Shown here: in pieces, positions 32,212-41,583 of the stretch
Numbering within the stretch: position 1 is the stretch's first letter
Layout of the letters: each line of letters starts with the position of its first letter
NCBI GenBank assembly: GCA_964610395.1
Contig: CAZSXP010000001.1
Location: forward strand, 63,342-127,341
From: an uncultured Gammaproteobacteria bacterium
Lineage (GTDB): Bacteria > Patescibacteriota > Microgenomatia > UBA8517
Direction: 5' to 3'
Length of the DNA stretch: 64,000 nt
The notes under the pieces: model-generated
What the model was told of the DNA's origin: nothing
Database searches by the model: none
What the model saw: only the letters and a program-made list of their open reading frames with translations
Program-made: the position numbers and the translations under genes

Positions 32212-32388
32212 TTGAAATTAATAAACAAAAATAGAGATTTGAGAGACGCAAAACCAATGATGGAAACCAAAAGTATCAAAATGGAAACATCAGATTGCGA
32301 TACTGCATGTACAAGCGATTGTGCACAAAGTTGTGGATGTGAATCAGATTGTGCAGCAAGCTGTGGTTGCGAAGGGTCAAACGAATAA
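32212..32388 (+). CDS. RiPP precursor peptide with repetitive Cys/Ser core
   Basis: AGGAGGTG SD then TTG start; core SDCDTACT-SDCAQSCGCE-SDCAASCGCE-GSNE; directly upstream of YcaO. Confidence 0.85.
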   Translation: MKLINKNRDLRDAKPMMETKSIKMETSDCDTACTSDCAQSCGCESDCAASCGCEGSNE

Positions 32389-32396
32389 TACAAAAA

Positions 32397-33743
32397 GTGA
32401 AACTAAATCTATATAGCGAAAGCGAACAAGATATAGATAAGACTTTGTTGTCTTTGTCTTTGCTTGTTAATAAAGACTACGGATTAATTAAGAAAATTAA
32501 ACGTGTACGTCAGTATTATGATGAACCTAAGTTTTGGTATTATTCTGCTGATGTAAACGACTCATATTTAAAGAATGACGGTAGACACTTTCATTCAAAA
32601 TCTTCAGGTGCTTCACTCTATTCGCAAAAGGAAGCCTTATTAAAGTGTTTGTGTGAATTAATGGAGAGATACTGCAATTTCTATTTTAAAAAAGAATCAA
32701 TTGTTACGACTAAATCAATTGATAATATGACTAATAAATTTATTGATCCTAGATCTATGTCAGCTTTTTCCAAGACTCAACTTGAAAAAAATGAATTTAA
32801 AAAATTTAGAATTAACAATAATTCAGTTTTTAGATGGACAAATTGCATTTCACTTTTAGATAATAATGAAGAATATCTAATACCTTCACAATCTATATAT
32901 CTTTCATATCCATATTTAAAAGCTGAACCATCTATTTATTCAGCAATTAGTACTGGTGTAGCAGGTGGAGCAAATCTCTCGGCTGCTATTGTTCGAGGAA
33001 TTTGTGAAGTAATCGAGCGTGATGCATTCATGATTTTTTATCTTAATAAACTTACAGCCTCAAGAATTGATCTTAAGAATATTAATAATCCGGATATTAA
33101 AAATACAATGTCAATTTTAGATAGATATAAATTTGAAGTAGTTGTTCTTGATATTACAACCGATGTTAATGTCCCTACTGTTGCATCGATTATTGTAAAT
33201 CGATCTGGAATCGGTAAAGCTGTATCTGTGGGGTTAAAATGTGACTTTGATATAATCAAAGCAATTACAGGTTCTATTGAAGAAGCACTCCATACTCGGT
33301 CATGGCTTAGATCAAGTTTTGAAGATGAGCCAATTAAAGTTAATCCTCAGGACTTGCAGAAAAGTTCAGATATTAAATTAAGGGGTTTTTTGTGGTACGA
33401 AGCAGAAGCAATTAAAAATATTGATTATTGGATTAAAAATGCAAAGATAAAAGACATTAATTATTCTAGTAAACCGATGAAATCTGGTGAAAAGTTAAAA
33501 AGACTAACTAAAATATTTAGCGATAAAAATTATGAACTATACTATAAAGACATAACCATAAGCGAATTTAAAAAACTTAATTACTATATCGTAAAAGTAA
33601 TTATTCCAAAGATGCAACCAATTTATCTTAATGAAAAATATCCACTATTAGGAAGCGATAGACTGTATAGTGTTCCTGCTAAATTAGGATTTAAAAATAA
33701 ATTAGAGGATGATTTAAATAAATACCCACATCCATTTTTATAG
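32397..33743 (+). CDS. YcaO cyclodehydratase
   Basis: ELMERY, STGVAGG and EVIERDA motifs; Pro-rich C-terminus PHPFL; GTG start inferred. Confidence 0.92.
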   Translation: MKLNLYSESEQDIDKTLLSLSLLVNKDYGLIKKIKRVRQYYDEPKFWYYSADVNDSYLKNDGRHFHSKSSGASLYSQKEALLKCLCELMERYCNFYFKKESIVTTKSIDNMTNKFIDPRSMSAFSKTQLEKNEFKKFRINNNSVFRWTNCISLLDNNEEYLIPSQSIYLSYPYLKAEPSIYSAISTGVAGGANLSAAIVRGICEVIERDAFMIFYLNKLTASRIDLKNINNPDIKNTMSILDRYKFEVVVLDITTDVNVPTVASIIVNRSGIGKAVSVGLKCDFDIIKAITGSIEEALHTRSWLRSSFEDEPIKVNPQDLQKSSDIKLRGFLWYEAEAIKNIDYWIKNAKIKDINYSSKPMKSGEKLKRLTKIFSDKNYELYYKDITISEFKKLNYYIVKVIIPKMQPIYLNEKYPLLGSDRLYSVPAKLGFKNKLEDDLNKYPHPFL

Positions 33744-33746
33744 AAC

Positions 33747-34523
33747 ATGATAAAAATAAACAATAAAATTGAAAATTTAATTGAATCTGTTGATGAGTTA
33801 TCTAATTCACGAAAATTTCATATATCTACAAATATTGATGATTTTAGAGCGTTTAAGAAAACTCCTCGAGGGTCATGGCCATTAGAATGGAAAAAAGTGT
33901 ATCACAAAGCATATCCTAGGTTTGATCAATTGATTCTACCTACCCCAACAGCAATTAAAATAGATCTTGAAAAAACAATTTTGGAAAGAGAATCATTCAG
34001 AAATTTTACAAACAATAACATAAATCTTAATAAGTTTTCTGATCTTATTTATTATTCTGCTGGGATAAAAGACTCTAATAAAGGTGGTGAAAAAAGAAAT
34101 TATCCATCAGGCGGAGCTAGATATCCATTAGAAGTATATCCAATAGTTTTCAATGTAGATAAAATAAAAAAGGGTATATATCATTATCATGTTAAAACTC
34201 ATTCACTTGAGTGTATATTAGAAAATATTTCAAAAGAAGAAGTTATAAGTCAATTTGATCAACTTTGGATTAAAAAGTCAGCATTGTTATTTATTATTAC
34301 AGCTGTATTTGACAGAACTGAAGTTAAGTATAAAGACAGAGGTTATAGACATATTTTGACAGAGTATGGACATGTAGCTCAAAATCTATATTTAATGGGG
34401 ACTGGATTAGGACTTGGGGTTTGCTCGATTGGTGGATTTAATGACAAAGGAATTAACAAACTACTTGATATCGATGGTCTTGATGAATCTGTCGTGGGAG
34501 TGGTGGCAGTTGGTACAAAATGA
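33747..34523 (+). CDS. SagB/ThcOx family azole dehydrogenase
   Basis: RESFR, RNYPSGGARYPLE, KY..RGYR and GHVAQN motifs. Confidence 0.92.
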   Translation: MIKINNKIENLIESVDELSNSRKFHISTNIDDFRAFKKTPRGSWPLEWKKVYHKAYPRFDQLILPTPTAIKIDLEKTILERESFRNFTNNNINLNKFSDLIYYSAGIKDSNKGGEKRNYPSGGARYPLEVYPIVFNVDKIKKGIYHYHVKTHSLECILENISKEEVISQFDQLWIKKSALLFIITAVFDRTEVKYKDRGYRHILTEYGHVAQNLYLMGTGLGLGVCSIGGFNDKGINKLLDIDGLDESVVGVVAVGTK

Positions 34524-34546
34524 AAATAGGATGATATACTTCTAAT

Positions 34547-35200
34547 ATGTTTATATTTTTAATTAGACACGCAGAAGGATCAGGTTCAAGAGAAAAATGG
34601 CAAACTCCAGATACTCCACTTAGTGATACAGGGGCAAAACAATCTGAAAACTTAACCACTCTGTCTCGGTTCAAAAAAGTGGATTTAATTCTATCTAGTA
34701 AATGGAAAAGAGCTTTAGAAACGGCAAAAATAGTTTCAAAATTACTTGATAAAAAACTTCTAGAAACTGACGGAATTCAAGAACGTGAGCAACATTCGGA
34801 AATTTATGGTGCTGATAGGCAAAGTGATATAAGTAAGCGCTATAACGATGAGAATATTAAAAATTACAATGATCTTGACTGGAAATTTGAAAATAAGGAA
34901 GAATCAATAAGAGAAGTTTCAGAACGTGCATTTAATTTCAAAAACAGTTTAACATCTAACTATCTAAATAAAAGTATCGTAGTTGTGTCTCATGAAATGT
35001 TTATTAGATGTTTTATTACAAATATTCTATTAGGCGAGAATTATGAAGACAAAGTTTTTAATAAAATTTATAGATCGTTACAACTTATGAATACTGGAGT
35101 GTCGCTGTTGGAGTTTAATGAAAATAGAAAAACTTGGAAAGTATGGTATATAAATGACTTCGCACATTTGGGAAGAATAAAAACGAAAATAAGCAAGTAA
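34547..35200 (+). CDS. Histidine phosphatase family protein
   Basis: LIRHA, RALETA and VVSH motifs. Confidence 0.88.
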   Translation: MFIFLIRHAEGSGSREKWQTPDTPLSDTGAKQSENLTTLSRFKKVDLILSSKWKRALETAKIVSKLLDKKLLETDGIQEREQHSEIYGADRQSDISKRYNDENIKNYNDLDWKFENKEESIREVSERAFNFKNSLTSNYLNKSIVVVSHEMFIRCFITNILLGENYEDKVFNKIYRSLQLMNTGVSLLEFNENRKTWKVWYINDFAHLGRIKTKISK

Positions 35201-35201
35201 A

Positions 35202-36125
35202 TTAATAATCTTTCCATAACCTTTCACTGTTTATAAATCTCAATACTTTTTTATGAGTTTCTCTGGCTCTTTCAAGGTATCTGGATTTTATGTTTTGTAG
35301 ATAGTCAATTGCCCGAGTAGAAATAAACAATATATAAAATGTCATAACTGATTTTTCAGTATCAGTTAGATCATTTGAATCTAAGTAACCATTAAGAAAT
35401 GCATCAAAATTTTTATTAACTCGATCTGATTTTATTAGATGATACAGATAGTAAGAAACATCGTTTAGTTGAGTCTCTTCCTTCCAATTCCCAAAATCTA
35501 ATAATTTCAATCTATTATCTGTTTTTACGATAGCTTGTCCGTCGTGTATATCATTATGGTTAAAAACTGGAATAGCATTTCCACAATAATTAAGCATCGT
35601 ATCTGAAAGTTTGTTAAGGATAACTTGAGTTTCACTATTTGATTGAAGTTCATTTAATGGGCTACCTAAATATTTACGTAATAATTCTGAATAATATGAA
35701 AAATCAGTTTTACCACTTGAGCTCCATCCAGTTCCTGAAACTGGTACTTTGTCGTGCATGTCTCTAGTTATTTTACCTAAGTCAATTCTTAATCTTGCAT
35801 TGTTACTGGTATATAGTAATTCCCCTTCAATCTTTTCAGAAATAAGCAACTTTTCACCATCTTTATTTTTGGCTAAAGCGTAAGGCTTAGGTACAGATAG
35901 TCCTGCTCCGTATGTCATATTTAATCCCTTCCATTCTCGTTGGGTGCTACCGCTATTAGTAGAAATTTTAATTGCCACTTCAGTTCTAGATTCAGATGTT
36001 GCGTAAAGGATAGAGTTGCCAGTGAATGGTGCAATTTCTTTTTTATGAACATTTAATATGACTTGAGGCACAGAAAACTCTGTATTCCTACTTTCAATTG
36101 GAAAATATGTAATTCTTTCTGACAT
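35202..36125 (-). CDS. APH/choline-kinase-like phosphotransferase
   Basis: VAIK, HNDIH and LLDFG motifs; start at MSERITY. Confidence 0.8.
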   Translation of the reverse strand: MSERITYFPIESRNTEFSVPQVILNVHKKEIAPFTGNSILYATSESRTEVAIKISTNSGSTQREWKGLNMTYGAGLSVPKPYALAKNKDGEKLLISEKIEGELLYTSNNARLRIDLGKITRDMHDKVPVSGTGWSSSGKTDFSYYSELLRKYLGSPLNELQSNSETQVILNKLSDTMLNYCGNAIPVFNHNDIHDGQAIVKTDNRLKLLDFGNWKEETQLNDVSYYLYHLIKSDRVNKNFDAFLNGYLDSNDLTDTEKSVMTFYILFISTRAIDYLQNIKSRYLERARETHKKVLRFINSERLWKDY

Positions 36126-36172
36126 CTTATAAATTATGCGTATTGTACGCTTAAACAAGCTATTTTTACAAA

Positions 36173-36404
36173 TTTTATTCTTTCTCAAATGATTGCTGTT
36201 GGTGAAGAAACTGGAAAAATGGAAGAGGTTCTAAAAAAAGTAAGTCATGTTTTTGAAGTTGAGTCAGACCAAAAAGTTAAAACATTAACTGCAGCAATTG
36301 AACCAATTGTCATGGTTCTTTTGGGGTTAGGAGTTGGATTTTTAGTAATTGCAATTATCCTGCCTATTTACAACTTGACGAGTCAATTTTAAGTACTTGA
36401 CAAG
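36173..36404 (+). repeat. 232-bp direct repeat, right copy
   Basis: Matches 31882-32113. Confidence 0.95.
36189..36392 (+). pseudogene. pilC: Duplicated pilC 3' fragment
   Basis: 67 aa identical to the PilC C-terminus. Confidence 0.9.
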
Positions 36405-36437
36405 GGTTTTTTAGTAGCATATTGTTATATATAGAGT

Positions 36438-37037
36438 ATGAAATTTAATAAAGGTTTTACATTAGTTGAGTTATTAATAGTTATTGGTCTTCTTGGCGCT
36501 ATCGCCTTAATAGTCATCTCAGCAATTAATCCTATCGAGCAAAGTAACCGTGCAAGAGACACTAAATATAAAGCTGATGCAGGTCAACTTATTGGAGCAA
36601 TAGATAGGTACTTTGTAACTCAAGATGAATTTCCTTGGACTACTTTTGATTCAGTCACTTATCCATCGGCTGACACTGCAATTTCATTTGGTTCTGCTAC
36701 TCTTGAAATGTATGGGCTATGTGGTGCCACTTGCACAGTTGATGGTTTGTTAATTGGTAATAATGAGTTAAAAACTGAATTTAGATCACGAGACTTTGTT
36801 AAAGGTACACCAACTGTTCCAAATCAAATTTGGATTGGTAAAGAACTTGGCTCTTCTGAATCAACTTATGCCTGTTTTGTTCCTCTATCTAAATCAATTA
36901 GAGATAAAGCTTGTAATGATGGAAAGGTCTATACATTATCTGGAAGTACTAGAACAGTTGTCAGTGGAGCCACTTGTTTAGGTACAGCAGCAGGCTGGTC
37001 TGCTTCTCCTTACATGTATGTATGTCTACCTGAGTAG
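36438..37037 (+). CDS. Type IV pilin, probably the major pilin
   Basis: KG/FTLVE class III signal; first pilin after pilC. Confidence 0.85.
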   Translation: MKFNKGFTLVELLIVIGLLGAIALIVISAINPIEQSNRARDTKYKADAGQLIGAIDRYFVTQDEFPWTTFDSVTYPSADTAISFGSATLEMYGLCGATCTVDGLLIGNNELKTEFRSRDFVKGTPTVPNQIWIGKELGSSESTYACFVPLSKSIRDKACNDGKVYTLSGSTRTVVSGATCLGTAAGWSASPYMYVCLPE

Positions 37038-37710
37038 TATATTTCTTCTTGGTTTAATAATCGGTTCATTTATTTCTGCTATAACTTATAGAATTCCTCG
37101 CGAACTTCAGTTCGTAAAAGGCAGGTCCTTTTGTGATTCATGTAAAAAAGAGTTAACTTGGTATGACAATATTCCCTTATTTTCATTTTTGTACTACAAA
37201 GGAAAATCAAGATGTTGTAATCAAAAAATATCTATTCGCTATCTTTTAATAGAATTATCTTCAGCTTTAGGTGCCGTTTTGTTGTTTGTTTTACTTCCAT
37301 CTACATTTCTTATTTCTTATTTCTTATTTCTTATTTGCCTTGCTATTTTTGTCATAGATTTAGAACATCAAATTATACCCGACGAATTATCATGGTTTAT
37401 ATTGTTATTAGGATTAATTAATTTTAGTTTTGTGAATATATTTGCAGGGTTTTTCTTTTCTTTATTACTTTTGACCTTATATCTTATAACTGGTGGTCGT
37501 GGAATGGGTCTAGGAGACGTTAAACTGGCAATTCCCCTCGGTCTATGGCTTGGGTTAGAGAAAGGCGTTGTTTGGTTAACAACGTCTTTCATAATAGGTG
37601 GAATAGTCGCTTCCATACTGCTATTATTAAAAAGAGCTAAGTTAAAAACAAAAATTGCCTTCGGACCATTTTTAATTTTTGCTTTTTGGGTAGTGCTTTT
37701 AACAATATGA
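37018..37710 (+). CDS. pilD: Prepilin peptidase
   Basis: GRSFCDSC, IDLEHQIIPD, GMGLGDVKL and FGPFL motifs. Confidence 0.95.
   Translation: MYVYLSSIFLLGLIIGSFISAITYRIPRELQFVKGRSFCDSCKKELTWYDNIPLFSFLYYKGKSRCCNQKISIRYLLIELSSALGAVLLFVLLPSTFLISYFLFLICLAIFVIDLEHQIIPDELSWFILLLGLINFSFVNIFAGFFFSLLLLTLYLITGGRGMGLGDVKLAIPLGLWLGLEKGVVWLTTSFIIGGIVASILLLLKRAKLKTKIAFGPFLIFAFWVVLLTI
37305..37336 (+). repeat. Heptamer tandem repeat (ATTTCTT)x4.5 inside pilD
   Basis: Read directly; encodes FLISYFLFLI. Confidence 0.85.
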
Positions 37711-38315
37711 AGTTTAAAAATACAAATAAGGGATTAACTTTAACAGAGTTATTAATAGTAATTAGTATAATTGCATTTTTAGCTATTCTGATAGTTGCCT
37801 ATCTTAGAAGTCAGGTTTTTAAGGGTAATGATGCAAGACGTAAAGCAGATTTAAAAAGAATAGGGATTGCAGCTGAGGAATATGAAAAAGATAAAAATTG
37901 CTATCCCCTACCTAGTTTATTAAGTTGTAATCCCGGTAAAGGGCTTCTACCCTATCTAAGTAAAATTCCTTGTGATCCTGTTACTGATGCTACTTATTTA
38001 TATGATTATGAAGATTCAGTTTGTCCAAAGTGGTATAGGATATATGGAAAGTTAGAAAATGAAAAAGATCCAGACAGTATTTTAGGTATTGGTCCAAATA
38101 GTGTTTTTAATTTTGAATATTCAAGTCCAAATGCTCCAGAAATTGTTTCTAGTGGAGGTACTCTTGACAATTTTTATGGTTGTAAAAGCGGTGTTTGTGT
38201 TCCAATTACTTGGGATCCAGCCAGACCTGGACCGATTTGTGATCCTAATTTTCAAAACTCTACTTGTTATGGACAATGTGCAAATCTTGATTTTGAATGT
38301 AAATCATGGAAATAA
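37707..38315 (+). CDS. Minor pilin with Cys-rich C-terminus
   Basis: KG/LTLTE and NDARRKADL motifs. Confidence 0.85.
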   Translation: MKFKNTNKGLTLTELLIVISIIAFLAILIVAYLRSQVFKGNDARRKADLKRIGIAAEEYEKDKNCYPLPSLLSCNPGKGLLPYLSKIPCDPVTDATYLYDYEDSVCPKWYRIYGKLENEKDPDSILGIGPNSVFNFEYSSPNAPEIVSSGGTLDNFYGCKSGVCVPITWDPARPGPICDPNFQNSTCYGQCANLDFECKSWK

Positions 38316-38343
38316 GCGAAGCTTGTTTCCAATCATGGAAATA

Positions 38344-38832
38344 ATGAAACCTTTTTCAAAAACAGAAACGAAAACAATTGCTATTATATTGTTAGTTCTT
38401 TTTGCGGTGATTTATTTTAATATGGCAATTTCTTTGAGAAAAGGAAGGGATTCGGTTCGTAAAAATGATATTTCAGCGATTGAAAATGCACTTGATACAT
38501 ATTATCAAAAATATAGAATTTACCCTGCATCAACTAAAAAAGGAGAAATAGTTGGTTGTTTTGATGGTGGTGTTGTACGCGACCCTATATCTGGTTACCC
38601 ACTAAATGCTATCCCCTGCCTTTGGGGAGAATCTCATTTTGAAAATGATAATTTTATGCCACAAGATCCGTCAAACAAAAAAGGACTAAGTTATTATTAT
38701 GAATCAACGGGGCAAAAATATAAATTCTACATCTCTCTTGAAGGAAAAAATGAAGCTGAGTATACACCTGCTATCGCAGCAAAAAATTTGCAATGTGGCA
38801 TTAAAATATGTAATTATGGAAGAGGGAATTGA
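38344..38832 (+). CDS. Pilin-like protein with degenerate leader
   Basis: MKP/FSKTE plus hydrophobic helix and RDSVRKND. Confidence 0.75.
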   Translation: MKPFSKTETKTIAIILLVLFAVIYFNMAISLRKGRDSVRKNDISAIENALDTYYQKYRIYPASTKKGEIVGCFDGGVVRDPISGYPLNAIPCLWGESHFENDNFMPQDPSNKKGLSYYYESTGQKYKFYISLEGKNEAEYTPAIAAKNLQCGIKICNYGRGN

Positions 38833-38833
38833 G

Positions 38834-39298
38834 ATGCAACTACGTTATAAAATACAAAAAGCATTTACCCCGATTAAATCGGGGTTTACACTTGTTGAAT
38901 TATTAGTAGTCATGTCAATTATTGGCGTTTTAGCTGCTATTGGTTTGACAAGTTTTACTACTGCCCAAATGAGAGGTAGAGATGTGCAAAGAAAATCAGA
39001 TTTAAAGCAAACTGCAAATGCACTAGAGCTTTACTATGCAGATTATGGTAGTTATCCTGACAATATTACTTTTGGAACTCAATTTACGGATGGTAAAACA
39101 ATTTATTTTAAAACATTACCAATTGATCCAAATAGTGACAGAACATATACATATAGAATTGTTCCAGCCTCTTCAAATCAAAAGTTTCAGCTTTTTGCTA
39201 GACTTGAGAATAGTCAAGATCAAGATTGTATAGACGCAAATTGTGCACTAAATCCTAATTTTGCAATAACTAGTGCAAACACTAACGCTAGCGAGTAA
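38834..39298 (+). CDS. GspG-like minor pilin
   Basis: SG/FTLVE and RDVQRKSDL motifs. Confidence 0.85.
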   Translation: MQLRYKIQKAFTPIKSGFTLVELLVVMSIIGVLAAIGLTSFTTAQMRGRDVQRKSDLKQTANALELYYADYGSYPDNITFGTQFTDGKTIYFKTLPIDPNSDRTYTYRIVPASSNQKFQLFARLENSQDQDCIDANCALNPNFAITSANTNASE

Positions 39299-39307
39299 AC
39301 TTTATAT

Positions 39308-39706
39308 ATGAAAAAAAATGGCTTTACATTAATTGAATTATTGGTAGTAATTTCATTGATTGGTGTCTTGGCAACTTTAGTTATTGCCAATATGAATTCT
39401 GCAAGAGAACGTGCAAGAGATGCCACACGAAAATCTGATCTTCGAAATATTCAAACCGCATTAAGACTTTATTATAATGATAATGGAGAATACCCTATTG
39501 CCTCAGTCCTACCTGAATGGGGAACTGCTTGGACTCCGTACATGAATATTCTTCCCGCAGATCCTCTTGTTAGCCAATCATACGTCTATGTATACACTGA
39601 TTCTGATGACTATACCCTTAAAGCTTGTTTAGAGAACCCTAGTGATGATAAAGGAGTTGCTGACGCAACATGTACTAGTGGATATAAATATGAAGTCAAA
39701 CCATAA
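39308..39706 (+). CDS. GspG-like minor pilin
   Basis: NG/FTLIE and RDATRKSDL motifs. Confidence 0.88.
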   Translation: MKKNGFTLIELLVVISLIGVLATLVIANMNSARERARDATRKSDLRNIQTALRLYYNDNGEYPIASVLPEWGTAWTPYMNILPADPLVSQSYVYVYTDSDDYTLKACLENPSDDKGVADATCTSGYKYEVKP

Positions 39707-40139
39707 CGGATTTACATTAATTGAGATGTTAGTAGTTATTTCTTTAATCGGAATTCTTGCTACTTTGGCTTTAGTTTCATTTGGTGTTTCTCAAAAACAG
39801 GCTAGGGACTCTGCAAGAAGGTCTGATTTAAAACAATATCAAACTTCTGTTGAAAACTATGCAAATATAAATAATGGTATTTATCCAATTTATGCAACAG
39901 TTACAACAATCCCATCATCTGGTGGTTTTTGTACGGATTTAAATATTGGTACATGTCCACTTGATGTTAAAAATATTTCTCCATACCTTTACAAGTACGT
40001 AAGTGATGCTACAGGTACAAATTATGTATTTTGGGCTGGGCTTGAAGCTAAAACACCTACAGAATATTTTATAATTTGTTCAAATGGTAAATCAGGACAA
40101 AGTACAACAGCACCAAGTTCAGCAACATGCCCGATATGA
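39690..40139 (+). CDS. GspG-like minor pilin
   Basis: NG/FTLIE and RDSARRSDL motifs. Confidence 0.88.
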   Translation: MKSNHNGFTLIEMLVVISLIGILATLALVSFGVSQKQARDSARRSDLKQYQTSVENYANINNGIYPIYATVTTIPSSGGFCTDLNIGTCPLDVKNISPYLYKYVSDATGTNYVFWAGLEAKTPTEYFIICSNGKSGQSTTAPSSATCPI

Positions 40140-40555
40140 AAAAAGGTTTTACATTGATTGAATTGTTAGTAGTAATTTCCATAATTGGAATTTTAATTGC
40201 TGTCTCAATTTTTGGTCTTTCAGGTGCTCGAGAAGCAGCTCGTGACGCTAGGCGTAAATCTGACTTACAACTTATCCAATCAGGTTTAGAAATATATAAA
40301 GCAGATTGTAATACATATCCTGCAAGTTTAGGCACTTCCTTGGTTGGTTCAGGAACACCCTCAACTTGTGCTGTGGCTAATACTTATATATCTTCTATAC
40401 CCTTAGATCCAATCACTACAAATTTATATCGTTATGCAACAACTGCCTCAGGTTATGAAATTTGCGCTAGTTTAGAGCAAGGCACAGGGACTGTTACTTG
40501 TGGGGGGTCTTCAAACTGTGGCACTACATGTAATTATAAAGTAACAAATCCATGA
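40127..40555 (+). CDS. GspG-like minor pilin
   Basis: KG/FTLIE and RDARRKSDL motifs. Confidence 0.88.
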   Translation: MPDMKKGFTLIELLVVISIIGILIAVSIFGLSGAREAARDARRKSDLQLIQSGLEIYKADCNTYPASLGTSLVGSGTPSTCAVANTYISSIPLDPITTNLYRYATTASGYEICASLEQGTGTVTCGGSSNCGTTCNYKVTNP

Positions 40556-40588
40556 GATTCAACTACGTTATGAAAAATAATTTTGAAT

Positions 40589-40776
40589 TTATGATTTTTT
40601 TGCCTCTGCCCTAATTTTTTCTTCAATTTCACCTAACTCTTTTGCGTTGTTGTTCATGTCTCTCGAATATTTTAAAATTTCTGGTAGTATTCTAGAATAT
40701 TCAACCACCGCATCGTCAGGTGAATAGTCATTAGGTAAAAAAGAACGAGACTGCCATTTTTAGGTATTTCTGTCAT
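40589..40776 (-). pseudogene. Small gene frameshifted in an A5 tract
   Basis: MTEIPK then, after a 1-nt shift, KWQSRSFLPNDY...RAEAKKS*; TAAAAT -10 element 6 nt before ATG. Confidence 0.4.
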
Positions 40777-40851
40777 CGAGGTATTTTATCACTGCTTTAT
40801 TGACTAGTAAATACGCCAAAAGAAGGCTGTTTGTGCTATAATCATTGTTTA

Positions 40852-41583
40852 ATGAACAAAGAAAAAGAATTAGTGATGATTCATGGTTGGGACCCAAATT
40901 TCTATACCAACAACCTGCAGGAAAACCATCAATATAAAGGTGTTGCGTGGATAAACAGGAAAGAACTAATAAGTAAACTCAGAAGCCAATTTGATGTTAA
41001 ATTTTTTGATTTAGCAGGATTCAGTGGTAAAGCTGAACCTAAAAGCAAATTTTACGACATAGAGAACTTTTCAGACGACCTGAATACTTGGTTATTAAAC
41101 GAAAATATCGAGCCTCTTGCCTTAATAGGATATTCGTTTGGTGGCGCAGTCGCATTAAATTATAAATTACGTTATAAAGCCAGAACGCCAGTAGTTTTAA
41201 TATCACCTGCTTTAACAAGAAAAGAGTCGACATTTTCAGCAATTGGGAACGTTTCAAAAGACTTCGTTCCAGGTGTAGTAAAAGAACAACTAAAAAGTGT
41301 TTACCAATACATCTTCAGTAAATATTATAGGCATGGATCGCCATTTATTCGACAGAGTTATGATCACATTGTTCGAAGGAATACTTCAAATGATTTAGAA
41401 AAAGTTAATTGCAAGGATATTTTATTGATATATGGGACAAAAGATTCTTCGACACCGTGGATAGAAGTAAAGGATATTGTAATAAAAATGGGAATAAACC
41501 ATATATTAATAAATGGAGGTCATAATATTGGGGAGACAAATGCAGTAGACATATTTAATGCAATAACTGATTTTGTTAAATAA
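40852..41583 (+). CDS. Alpha/beta hydrolase
   Basis: MIHGW, GYSFG nucleophile elbow, YGTKD and GGH motifs. Confidence 0.88.
   Translation: MNKEKELVMIHGWDPNFYTNNLQENHQYKGVAWINRKELISKLRSQFDVKFFDLAGFSGKAEPKSKFYDIENFSDDLNTWLLNENIEPLALIGYSFGGAVALNYKLRYKARTPVVLISPALTRKESTFSAIGNVSKDFVPGVVKEQLKSVYQYIFSKYYRHGSPFIRQSYDHIVRRNTSNDLEKVNCKDILLIYGTKDSSTPWIEVKDIVIKMGINHILINGGHNIGETNAVDIFNAITDFVK

Larger units (their letters stand above)
32114..36172. mobile_element. Integrase-free cassette inserted at the pilC 3' end (RiPP cluster)
   Basis: Bounded by the 232-bp direct repeat; interrupts the pilC-pilin order. Confidence 0.8.

Noticed and set aside
32184-32393. 69-aa minus-strand ORF over the RiPP precursor
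   Set aside because: The plus-strand ORF has a strong SD and operon context with YcaO
31882-36404. pilC duplication as a pure assembly artefact
   Set aside because: The copies differ at 3 positions and a similar gene-end duplication occurs at 43897/48954. Not fully excluded without reads
38834-40555. Diversity-generating retroelement or silent-cassette antigenic variation in the pilin array
   Set aside because: No reverse transcriptase and no template/variable repeat pair differing at adenines; each pilin is complete with its own leader
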